37,926 bases of DNA from Candidatus Brennerbacteria bacterium (GCA_016187205.1 JACPKE010000004.1:1-37926), one strand, 5' to 3'. Counted from the stretch's first letter, positions 1 to 7,715 are shown. Numbers and translations: made by a program. The notes: generated from the sequence alone by a model not told the origin.

Positions 1-1902
1 AAAACTTCAGGAGATCATTTTTATACAACTAGCGCCACTGAAAAAGATTCAGCTGTTGTTGGCGGTTCTCCGCCCTCTTTTGCCCTCAAAGAGTTCAGGC
101 CTTTAAATTATAATTATTATTCTTGTCCTAGTACTTATCCTAACAACGCCGGATATTTCAAAATAGACGCGACTGCTAATAATCTTACTTATCCTTCAGG
201 CGTTGATTACGCAGGCAACAAAATGAACTCCGGCTGGTTTCAGTTGTGCAACAAACTGAAATTAGGTTTTGATCCGTATCTTACCGTCAGCTACAACGAC
301 TATACCGGTTACTACGATGGTTCTGCCAAACAAGGCTTTTTATGGGGCGGTGCTTTCAAACCCGATTCGGTTGCCCAGGGAGGCGGAATTACCGGAGCGG
401 CTTATAATCCGTTAACGCCAACAGTATTTACAACAATTGAATCCGGCTGGATGAATCTTTTGGCTCCCCAGCTTCTCATCTCCAACCTTTCTTATGGCCA
501 GACTTCTTTTTCTTATAATGCCGGACAAGCCATAACTTCTATCACGCCTTCGTACGACGGCCTTAAAGCTAAGCTTTTTACAATCTCTCCGGCTTTTTCC
601 AACGGTCTGGTATTCAACACATCAACAGGAGTTATTTCAGGAACTCCCATACTCTCAAAAGCAACGGACTATACCATTACAGCAACCAATCAGTTCGGGT
701 CGGGTTCGGTGGTGGTGAAGATATCGGTAAAGCCGCGATTTTTGATGGGGTTTATGTCAGTGGAGCTTAATGAGATTGCCTACGCAGTTGATTTATTAGG
801 AAAAGGCGTAAGGCATAGTTTTTGGTTTCTTAATAACCAATTTCAAGAAATAGAAGCAGTTGGCACTATTACACCATTAATGAATGAAAATTTTGAATTA
901 ATTGCTCAAATAATACCCGGACCGCCATCTCTTCTGATCACTGATTATACAGAAATTAAAAATAAATTACGCGATCTTGTAAAAAGTAAAAAAGAAATAT
1001 TTAAATATTGGCAAATTGGCAATGAACCCGACCTTATTTATAAAAATATTAATTCATCTTATACAGCCAGTCGTTATGTTGATTTCTTTTTGGCGGCTTC
1101 GGAAGTTATAAGAGAAGAATGTTCTTTTTGCAAGATTATTCTTGCGGGAATAAGCAATCAATACGACTCTTCACAAAATAATTTTCAATATTATAAAGAT
1201 ATTATTGTAGATATAAAGAAAAGAAGTAAATATGCAAAACCGTTTGATGTTTTTGATATTCATTTATATACAGTAAATAATAGTTTAGAAGATTATAAAA
1301 GGGTGGAAAGCGCGGTAAACGACTACAAACTTTTAATATCAAGTAGTGGTTATATTTATCCAATTGAATTTGTCAGTACTGAATTTGGAACTCATTCCGC
1401 CCAGCCAAAAAATTCCCAAACAGTTCAATTTCAGACTGAAAAATTTCAAGCAGAAACTTTGATTAAATTATATACAGCGTTCTTTAATGCCGGTATTACT
1501 AAGGCCTTTTGGGTTGACGTTATAAATAATTATAAGTTTGGTTTTCAGGGAACGGCTGATGGTTATTTTGATTTAACTGGTCTTATTTATAATGGCAAGG
1601 GAGCCTATGATTTAGCTAATGGAAAATTAGAAGGCACTAAAAAAGAATCTTATTATGCATATAAAACTTTAGTTGCAAAAATTCTAGATAAAACAGCGGT
1701 TATTAAAATAGGAAATAATATTTATAAATTTAGCAATGCAAACAATGCAATATATATTGCCTGGAGCGACGGCGTAGAAACATCATTACCGCTTTCAATT
1801 ACCGGCACTGTAAAGGTTAGTGATTATTTAGGGAATGAAAGTATAAAAGCCGCTCCTGAAGTTATTATTGGTAACAGTCCTGTATTTATTGAGGTGCAGT
1901 AA
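1..1902 (+). CDS. Surface protein, 5'-partial: HFYT (DUF5648-like) segment + Ig-like (He_PIG-type) domain + clan GH-A glycoside-hydrolase-like domain
   Basis: Frame 1 is open from base 1, with no stop before the M at 223, so the gene starts outside the window. It has a GDHFYTTSATEKDSAV segment and an Ig-like stretch (ITSITPSY..GLVFNTSTGVISGTP..YTITATNQFGSGS). YWQIGNEPD (NEP acid/base-like) and FVSTEFG (nucleophile-like) motifs are typical of (beta/alpha)8 GH-A enzymes. Confidence 0.6.
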   Translation, partial: KTSGDHFYTTSATEKDSAVVGGSPPSFALKEFRPLNYNYYSCPSTYPNNAGYFKIDATANNLTYPSGVDYAGNKMNSGWFQLCNKLKLGFDPYLTVSYNDYTGYYDGSAKQGFLWGGAFKPDSVAQGGGITGAAYNPLTPTVFTTIESGWMNLLAPQLLISNLSYGQTSFSYNAGQAITSITPSYDGLKAKLFTISPAFSNGLVFNTSTGVISGTPILSKATDYTITATNQFGSGSVVVKISVKPRFLMGFMSVELNEIAYAVDLLGKGVRHSFWFLNNQFQEIEAVGTITPLMNENFELIAQIIPGPPSLLITDYTEIKNKLRDLVKSKKEIFKYWQIGNEPDLIYKNINSSYTASRYVDFFLAASEVIREECSFCKIILAGISNQYDSSQNNFQYYKDIIVDIKKRSKYAKPFDVFDIHLYTVNNSLEDYKRVESAVNDYKLLISSSGYIYPIEFVSTEFGTHSAQPKNSQTVQFQTEKFQAETLIKLYTAFFNAGITKAFWVDVINNYKFGFQGTADGYFDLTGLIYNGKGAYDLANGKLEGTKKESYYAYKTLVAKILDKTAVIKIGNNIYKFSNANNAIYIAWSDGVETSLPLSITGTVKVSDYLGNESIKAAPEVIIGNSPVFIEVQ

Positions 1903-1927
1903 TAGTTGGTGTTAATTTGTTGTTTTC

Positions 1928-2473
1928 ATGCCTTATCTTTTTTCAGGGAATAATATTTTTTTAAAATTAATGCAGATTCGCCAGCTGGTTTTTGGATTTT
2001 GGGAAAGCTATGGCATCGCGGTGCAGGCATTTTCGGTTTTGCTTTCCGGCGCTTTGTTATTCGGAATTGTTTTTTTTATTTTGCGCCTTGGTATTTTGAA
2101 TTACCAAGCCGAGCGTTTTATTGATGTTTCCGGTTTTGGCGATTTATCTCGCCGCCGGTCTTTGAAGGCATGGCAACAGATTCAAAAAAGAATGCGCCTT
2201 GGAGGCGAAGCTAATATGAAGCTGGCTCTGATAGAAGCCGATAAGATTTTTGACGAAATCATTAAGTTGTCCGGTTATAAAGGGGAGACAATGGCTGATC
2301 GTTTGAAGCAGATAACGCCGGCTCAACTTTCCGGAATTGAACGGCTGTGGCAGGCGCATAAAATAAGGAACCGGGTTGTTCATGAACCGGATTTTCATTT
2401 AACTTTAGAACAAACGGACGCGGCGCTTGATATTTACAAACAATCTTTTCAAGAGATGGGATTAATTGATTAA
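1928..2473 (+). CDS. Hypothetical membrane-anchored protein
   Basis: 181-aa ORF with a hydrophobic N-terminal segment (VLLSGALLFGIVFFILRLGIL) and a charged helical C-terminal part. I recognise no family. The start could instead be the internal M at MQIRQLV. Confidence 0.5.
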   Translation: MPYLFSGNNIFLKLMQIRQLVFGFWESYGIAVQAFSVLLSGALLFGIVFFILRLGILNYQAERFIDVSGFGDLSRRRSLKAWQQIQKRMRLGGEANMKLALIEADKIFDEIIKLSGYKGETMADRLKQITPAQLSGIERLWQAHKIRNRVVHEPDFHLTLEQTDAALDIYKQSFQEMGLID

Positions 2474-2538
2474 TTCTTAGGCTGTGCGTGAAAAACCCAT
2501 TCTTGCAGGGCGCGTTTTTATAGTTTAAATTTTGTTTA

Positions 2539-2568
2539 TTTAGTACTATGACGCGTCATAGTACTAAA
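2539..2568. terminator. 30-bp perfect palindrome between convergent genes (probable bidirectional terminator)
   Basis: TTTAGTACTATGACG|CGTCATAGTACTAAA is perfectly self-complementary, followed by a T-rich run (CTTTGTTTTTG). It lies between the + gene ending at 2473 and the - gene ending at 2620. Confidence 0.55.
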
Positions 2569-2619
2569 CTTTGTTTTTGCCTTCGCCTCTTACAGAAGAA
2601 AAATTTTCGCTGTAAAGGA

Positions 2620-3483
2620 CTATCCTTGTATTTCGGAGAAAGTTTTTTTAGCAAAATCTATTGTCAGTCCGCTGATTGTTTTGCTTAAAAGAGCTTCCCC
2701 GTCATTTTGGTTGAGAACGGCGCCGTAATTTCCGTATAACAGATTTATTTCGTTTTGGGTTTCGGGAATTATAAAGCCTATGATTATGTTTTTTGAAGAA
2801 AAAGGCGCGGCTCCGTAGCCGGTCCAGTTTGGATTAGCGGTTGCTAATCGCTGGAAGCTCTGCTCGTTATTTTTAACGTCATACATAAGTTGTAAAAACC
2901 TGCCGTATATTTCCGCGCCGCTTTTGTTATTAATTTCAATTTCCGCTATAACAAGCGCCGATGCCGCATTGTCTGTTTTTTTTGAAGTTTCAATACAAGC
3001 GATGTCTTTTATGAAAATAAAAATCGGTTTATCCTGTTCAACGTAATTGCAGGGCGTCCGAAGCCCGCGAATCGGAACGCCGCCCCAGGTTTTGGTTATT
3101 TTGACGATTTTAAATTCCGTTTCCGGATATTCTTTCAGACTGAATTGGTAATTTAAATCAATTGAAGTTAAAATTTTGGCGTTTATTTCATTGGCCGGCG
3201 ATTGTACTGTTGTGAAGCTTGGCGCTGTTTGAACGGACGAAGTATTATTTTCCGGCTGCGACAGGGCCGTCGTGGATGTTGCGGTTTGCGCTGGATTTTG
3301 AGGGATTTCCGGCTGTATTATTATGGCTGTTTTTTCAAATGATCCGGAAAAATAATAATATCCCGAAAAAAATCCAATGATTAAAAATAAGCAGCCGGTT
3401 GCCGCAATTATTACGATTACCAGAGTTTTATTAAAAACAGGTTGGGGCTTAAAAGGCCTGATTGGAGGAGTCGGTTCAGTCAT
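2620..3483 (-). CDS. Hypothetical N-terminally anchored extracytoplasmic protein
   Basis: 287-aa ORF with one TM helix (LVIVIIAATGCLFLIIGFFSGYYYF), then a low-complexity S/T/P/Q linker and a globular part. No recognised family. Confidence 0.55.
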   Translation of the reverse strand: MTEPTPPIRPFKPQPVFNKTLVIVIIAATGCLFLIIGFFSGYYYFSGSFEKTAIIIQPEIPQNPAQTATSTTALSQPENNTSSVQTAPSFTTVQSPANEINAKILTSIDLNYQFSLKEYPETEFKIVKITKTWGGVPIRGLRTPCNYVEQDKPIFIFIKDIACIETSKKTDNAASALVIAEIEINNKSGAEIYGRFLQLMYDVKNNEQSFQRLATANPNWTGYGAAPFSSKNIIIGFIIPETQNEINLLYGNYGAVLNQNDGEALLSKTISGLTIDFAKKTFSEIQG

Positions 3484-3510
3484 TTTTTAATTATAGCAAG
3501 TTTTAAATTT

Positions 3511-3588
3511 TGGCGGACCCGACCGGATTTGAACCGGCGATCTTCCCCGTGACAGGGGGACGTGTTAACCGGGCTACACCACGGGTCC
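3511..3588 (-). tRNA. tRNA-Asp (GTC), CCA encoded
   Basis: Reverse complement is GGACCCGTGGTGTAGCCCGGTTAACACGTCCCCCTGTCACGGGGAAGATCGCCGGTTCAAATCCGGTCGGGTCCGCCA. It has a 7-bp acceptor stem, anticodon arm TCCCC-CTGTCAC-GGGGA, T-loop TTCAAAT, discriminator G and a CCA end. Confidence 0.9.
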
Positions 3589-3590
3589 AT

Positions 3591-4988
3591 TTATCGCAAC
3601 GTTTTCGTTAATTTCTTAAAAACTTTACCTCTTTCTTTGTAGTCTGTAAACATATCAAAGCTGGCTGATCCGGGGGAAAATAATATGATTAATTTAGTTT
3701 TTAGCTTATAGTTTTTTCCGCCAGAGGCGGATCCGCCTTCGGCGGAAGTTTTTAACTTATTAGCTTTTTTATATGTTAAATTAACAGCGCCTTTTAAATC
3801 TTTCGTTAAAATAATAGGCACACCGGTTTTTGAAATCGCTTTTTTTATTTTATTTTTATTTTCTCCGAATAATATAATCTCAAGCGTGTTGGAATTTTTT
3901 AAAGTGTTTGCCAATGGTTTGAAATCAAGCTTCTTGTCTTTGCCGCCGGCAATTAAAATTTTTGGTTCTTTAAAAGCTTTTATCGCGGCCGCGGTTGTCT
4001 GGGGATTGGTAGATGCGGAATCGTTATAGAAAAACATTCTAACATTCTTGAGAATGTCAGAATGTTTTTTAACAGGGATTTTAATTGATTTAATCAATTC
4101 TAAGCGATGCTCAAGGCCTTTAAAACCCTCAATTGTTTTTTTTATAATATTTTCTTTTATTTTTAAAAAGCGGCAGACTTCCGCGGCCATTAAAGCGTTT
4201 TTGATGTTATGTATCCCGTTAATTTTTAAATTTACGAAGTGGGACTTCGTAAATTTAACAGGGATTTTTTTGGCTCGGCTTTTTGCAATAATTGGTTTTA
4301 AGCCCGGCTCATTATTAAAATAAAATATTTTATCGCCGATTATTTGATTTTTTACAATTCCGGCTTTGGCATTTATATATTCTTTAAAGTTTTTATGCGA
4401 GTCTAGATGGTCGGGAAAAATATTTAAAATCACGGCGATGTTAGGGGAATATTTCAATTCTTGGAGCTGGAAGCTGGACATTTCCAGCACAACAATTGAT
4501 TTTTTTGATAAGCGCGGAAGTATTTCAATTGCTGGTTTGCCGATGTTGCCTGCCAAATAAACATCGCGCTTTGCGGCTTTTAAAATTTTATAAATCAAAG
4601 TTGAGGTTGTGCTTTTGCCTTTGGTGCCGGTTATGCCTATTGTCAGGCATTTGATTTTTTTAGTTTGTTCCAAAAATAATTCTGTGGAACTTGTTATTTT
4701 TGTTCCTGATTTCGCCGCTTCCTGTATTTCTTTTGTCATATACGGAATTCCTGGAGAACGGAAAATAACGTCAAAAATTTCCAAATTTTTAAGGTATTTT
4801 TCTCCGGATATGATTTTAACGCGTTTATTTTTTCCGCCTTTGGTGAAAAATAAAGATTTTACAGGTTTGCGGTCGCAAATCGCAATTTCATAATTTTTAT
4901 AATCGGGAGATTTTAAAAGATAGCGTAAAAGCGCTTGTCCTTCGCGGGCAAAACCAAGAATGGCGATTTTTTTATGAGTTTTTATCAA
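3591..4988 (-). CDS. murD: UDP-N-acetylmuramoyl-L-alanine--D-glutamate ligase
   Basis: Mur ligase P-loop GITGTKGKSTTSTL, an N-terminal Rossmann-like segment (IAILGFAREGQ), GIHNIKNALMAA and a LEHR motif. Length is typical of MurD. Contains two in-frame hairpin insertions (see the repeat features). Confidence 0.9.
   Translation of the reverse strand: MIKTHKKIAILGFAREGQALLRYLLKSPDYKNYEIAICDRKPVKSLFFTKGGKNKRVKIISGEKYLKNLEIFDVIFRSPGIPYMTKEIQEAAKSGTKITSSTELFLEQTKKIKCLTIGITGTKGKSTTSTLIYKILKAAKRDVYLAGNIGKPAIEILPRLSKKSIVVLEMSSFQLQELKYSPNIAVILNIFPDHLDSHKNFKEYINAKAGIVKNQIIGDKIFYFNNEPGLKPIIAKSRAKKIPVKFTKSHFVNLKINGIHNIKNALMAAEVCRFLKIKENIIKKTIEGFKGLEHRLELIKSIKIPVKKHSDILKNVRMFFYNDSASTNPQTTAAAIKAFKEPKILIAGGKDKKLDFKPLANTLKNSNTLEIILFGENKNKIKKAISKTGVPIILTKDLKGAVNLTYKKANKLKTSAEGGSASGGKNYKLKTKLIILFSPGSASFDMFTDYKERGKVFKKLTKTLR
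3717..3746 (-). repeat. 30-bp GC-rich double-hairpin element, in-frame in murD (encodes SAEGGSASGG)
   Basis: The coding strand reads TCCGCCGAAGGCGGATCCGCCTCTGGCGGA. This is 29/30 identical to the copy in gap (33062-33091). Confidence 0.85.
4226..4258 (-). repeat. 33-bp hairpin element (core GAAGTGGGACTTC), in-frame in murD (encodes ..FTKSHFV..)
   Basis: TTAAATTTACGAAGT-GGG-ACTTCGTAAATTTAA forms a 15-bp perfect stem with a 3-nt loop. The same 13-nt core occurs twice in pheT (7933-7972). Confidence 0.8.
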
Positions 4989-5054
4989 TGCGCTTTTAAA
5001 ATCAAAATTGTTTATTAATGGCTTGAATTATTGCAAGAGTGTTGATTTTTTTTG

Positions 5055-5126
5055 TGACGGCGGCAGGAATTGGACCTGCGACCTAGGGTTTATGAGTCCC
5101 TCGCTCTGCCACTGAGCTACGCCGCC
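5055..5126 (-). tRNA. tRNA with CAT anticodon (elongator Met or lysidine-type Ile2), no CCA encoded
   Basis: Reverse complement is GGCGGCGTAGCTCAGTGGCAGAGCGAGGGACTCATAAACCCTAGGTCGCAGGTCCAATTCCTGCCGCCGTCA. The cloverleaf fits, with anticodon loop CTCATAA. C11:G24 is elongator-type. The T-loop TCCAATT and an A31-A39 mismatch are slightly unusual. Confidence 0.8.
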
Positions 5127-5217
5127 ATATCACTTGTGAAAATTTTCTTTATAATGAATTTATGATTGCGTCGGTAAGATAGGTTTGCCATCTTTCTATA
5201 TTAATTAATCGAGCCGT

Positions 5218-5799
5218 TTATTCTGTAAATCTAAAAGTAGAAAAAATAGCTTGCCTTAATTTACTACCTTTAATATTTCTTTCTATTATTACGTTATCAT
5301 CTGCATCGCTGGCAATTTCTAGTAAATATATAAATTCATTTTTTTGAATCTCTCGATATGTATAACAACCACCTTCATCGCATTGTTTAAATATTCTACT
5401 CGGATAATCTAAAAACTCATCTTTTCTTTCAATATTATCTACTGGTGAATATGTTGATATTGCAATAAAAAAGAGATCATACCCACCATCTAGCTCAAAA
5501 TAAATTAGACCATCAGTTGTTAATGCGGGTTGATGCAATTCTTTATCGTTACGATTAGTTCGTCCAATTATTTTAACAATTGACGGATATTTAACTTCAA
5601 ATTTATACTTTTGATTTTTATAGATTTGCCAATTTTTATAGATTTGCCAATCAGCGGTTGTAGTGGTTATTGGTTTTACGATTTGAGTTTCTTTAACTTC
5701 TTGAATTGATTTTTGGATAATATATCGGATTCCAATAGCTCCACCTAAAACACCCATGATAACTATCAAAATTATTAAACGGTATATTTTTTGATTCAT
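5218..5799 (-). CDS. Hypothetical N-terminally anchored protein
   Basis: 193-aa ORF with one TM helix (LIILIVIMGVLGGAIGI) and a W..Y.N..Y.F...YP motif. That motif is shared with the C-terminal domains of the 2620..3483 and 34050..35330 products. Contains a perfect 18-bp tandem duplication (WQIYKN x2). Confidence 0.55.
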   Translation of the reverse strand: MNQKIYRLIILIVIMGVLGGAIGIRYIIQKSIQEVKETQIVKPITTTTADWQIYKNWQIYKNQKYKFEVKYPSIVKIIGRTNRNDKELHQPALTTDGLIYFELDGGYDLFFIAISTYSPVDNIERKDEFLDYPSRIFKQCDEGGCYTYREIQKNEFIYLLEIASDADDNVIIERNIKGSKLRQAIFSTFRFTE

Positions 5800-5868
5800 A
5801 AGATTAGTTGTTTGGTAAGTTCATGAATAAAAATATAAATGATTAATAACCATTTATATTTTTATTAG

Positions 5869-6175
5869 TTGCGGATCGGGGAATCGAACCCCACCCTAAA
5901 GGTTATGCTTGCTACTACGATTTTCATCGCCTCCAAAATTAGGAGTTTGTAGTCTGGACTATACCTTAATCCTGTTTTAACGGGATTCTCGCCATCTAGT
6001 CTCTACGCCTTCTTCATCTCTTCATAATTCAGAGAAACCGAAGCTTGGTTCGGTATTACCTCTCCGTTGTTGGAAGGGGCTCCACCGAGTTTGACGAGTG
6101 TCCATCACTTATTACTAAGTGACGAGCCCATATTAAGTTTTGAGCCTTTCGAGCTCACCAGAGCTCTTATCCGCC
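5869..6175 (-). tRNA. Intron-containing tRNA, predicted anticodon CAT (initiator-like features); exons 6175..6143 and 5907..5869
   Basis: 5' exon is GGCGGATAAGAGCTCTGGTGAGCTCGAAAGGCT and 3' exon is CATAACCTTTAGGGTGGGGTTCGATTCCCCGATCCGCAA. Joined, they give a 72-nt class I cloverleaf with anticodon arm AAAGG-CTCATAA-CCTTT and T-arm TGGGG-TTCGATT-CCCCG. The 5' exon ends in U and the intron ends in G, as group I splicing rules require. Confidence 0.75.
5908..6142 (-). ncRNA. Group I intron (IC3-like), 235 nt, in the anticodon loop between positions 33 and 34
   Basis: Contains core blocks that I recall from the Azoarcus pre-tRNA-Ile intron: GTCAAACTCGGTG, CCAAGCTTCGG, and GATGAAG..GCGTAGAGACTAGATGGC followed by TTAAGG. 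No ORF lies inside. Confidence 0.75.
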
Positions 6176-6264
6176 TTTATATTATATTTAAATACTTTTT
6201 TCTTGTCAAAATTTATGCGCCTCTTTAATTTGCCAATAAAATTTTAGCCATTACAATTAAAATA

Positions 6265-7287
6265 ATGGATATTTTGAAAAATTTGGAAGAAATAAAAAAA
6301 TTGGCTCATCAGGATATTGAGGCGATAAAAACTACGGAAGAATTTGAAAAAGTCCGTGTTAAATATTTAGGCCGGAAAAGCGAGTTAAGCCTGGCCTTGC
6401 GTTCTATTAAAGATTTGCCGATTGAAGAACGGCGTGAAGTCGGTTTTAAAGCTCAGAAGTTGAAACGGGCATTAGAGGAATTATTTTTAAGAAAATTAAG
6501 CGAGTTAAATGTCAAAGGTCAAATGTCAATGGTTAGTTTAGATATTACAAAACCTGGCAAAAAAATTGAATTGGGCCATTTGCATCCGCTTACAAAAATA
6601 TCCCAGGAAATTAAAAATATTTTCATCTCGCTTAATTTTTCCGTTGTTGATGGTCCGCAGGTTGAAATCGAACGTTACAATTTTGACGCATTGAATATTC
6701 CGGCTAACCATTCGGCCAGGGATATGTGGGACACCTTCTGGCTGCAAAGCAGCCAGAAGGTGTCCAGCAGCCAGCTGTCAGCAGCCAGCAGCCGGTTGTT
6801 ATTGCGCACCCACACCAGTCCGGTGCAAATTCGTTATATGGAATCGCATCAGCCGCCTTTTCAGATTATCGCTCCCGGGACAGTATATCGTTATGAAGCA
6901 ACCGATGCCACCCATAGTTTCCAGTTTCAGCAACTGGAAGGTTTAATGGTCGGGAAAAATATTTCTTTCGCTAATTTTAAATATGTTATCAGCGTTTTTT
7001 TGGAAAAATTTTTCAAGCGAAAAATTGAATTTATTCTGCGGCCGAATTATTATCCTTTTGTCGAGCCCGGCGTTGATGTTTATATAAAATGGAAAAATCG
7101 CTGGCTGGAAGTGGCTGGTGCCGGCATGGTTCATCCGAAAGTTTTTGAGGCGGCGCATTATAATCCGCGGGAATGGCAGGGCTTTGCTTTTGGGTTCGGG
7201 TTGGATCGTTTAGCGATGATTAAATATAATATTCCCGACGTCAGGCTTTTTTATTCCGGCGATTTGAGGTTTATTAAACAGTTTTAA
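6265..7287 (+). CDS. pheS: Phenylalanine--tRNA ligase alpha subunit
   Basis: Class II aaRS motifs: HPLT, NFDALNIPANHSARDMWDTFW, LLRTHTSPVQIRYM, APGTVYR, FQQLEG, GAGMVHP and FGFGLDRLAM. Carries a roughly 14-aa insert between DTFW and LLRTHTS. Confidence 0.95.
   Translation: MDILKNLEEIKKLAHQDIEAIKTTEEFEKVRVKYLGRKSELSLALRSIKDLPIEERREVGFKAQKLKRALEELFLRKLSELNVKGQMSMVSLDITKPGKKIELGHLHPLTKISQEIKNIFISLNFSVVDGPQVEIERYNFDALNIPANHSARDMWDTFWLQSSQKVSSSQLSAASSRLLLRTHTSPVQIRYMESHQPPFQIIAPGTVYRYEATDATHSFQFQQLEGLMVGKNISFANFKYVISVFLEKFFKRKIEFILRPNYYPFVEPGVDVYIKWKNRWLEVAGAGMVHPKVFEAAHYNPREWQGFAFGFGLDRLAMIKYNIPDVRLFYSGDLRFIKQF
6729..6765 (+). repeat. 17-bp-stem perfect hairpin inside pheS; the left arm is conserved coding sequence
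   Basis: GGACACCTTCTGGCTGC-AAA-GCAGCCAGAAGGTGTCC, followed by further GCAGCCAG copies at 6767-6774 and 6781-6788. Confidence 0.85.
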
Positions 7288-7302
7288 CTATTTATTATAG
7301 AT

Positions 7303-7707
7303 ATGTCCGAAATTTTAGAAAAAATAGAAAACGGGGAAAAAGAAAAAAATATTCAGACTCAGGAAAAAGAAGTACTGGATAATTTTCATCGCGAAATTCG
7401 GGAATTAAAAGAAAAAGAAGAAAAAGGAGAATTGAAAACAGTGCATTTAAAGGATATTAATCCGGATGAACTGGTGTTTGAAGATATGGCTAAGTGGGAG
7501 CAGGTAAAAAATAACTTAATCATTTTAGATGATTTGGAAGATTTCGCCGCCGAGCTTAGACAAGAAGGTAAAAAGCCGGAAGATAAAGAAGAGATTCCAG
7601 AATCCCGTCTTCTTTTTGCGGCCTTTTTACTTAATAAAGGGGCTGGTTTCAGGCAAATGAAAGCTCAAGAACAAAAGAAAATTTATAAAATGAAAGAAGC
7701 GGCTTAA
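7303..7707 (+). CDS. Hypothetical highly charged (E/K-rich) protein located between pheS and pheT
   Basis: 134-aa ORF tightly packed between pheS (ends 7287) and pheT (starts 7716). No recognised domain. Confidence 0.5.
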   Translation: MSEILEKIENGEKEKNIQTQEKEVLDNFHREIRELKEKEEKGELKTVHLKDINPDELVFEDMAKWEQVKNNLIILDDLEDFAAELRQEGKKPEDKEEIPESRLLFAAFLLNKGAGFRQMKAQEQKKIYKMKEAA

Positions 7708-7715
7708 AAATTAAT

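Noticed and set aside
4048-4893. Three + strand ORFs (4048..4323, 4366..4560, 4609..4893) inside murD
   Set aside because: They are antisense to a confidently identified murD and have low-complexity, hydrophobic translations typical of AT-rich antisense frames.
5869-6175. Reading the 5' exon loop CTCAAAA as an uninterrupted tRNA-Leu(CAA)
   Set aside because: There is no 3' half of an anticodon stem directly after it and no long variable arm (class II) as bacterial tRNA-Leu requires. Removing 235 nt gives a perfect class I cloverleaf with CAT.
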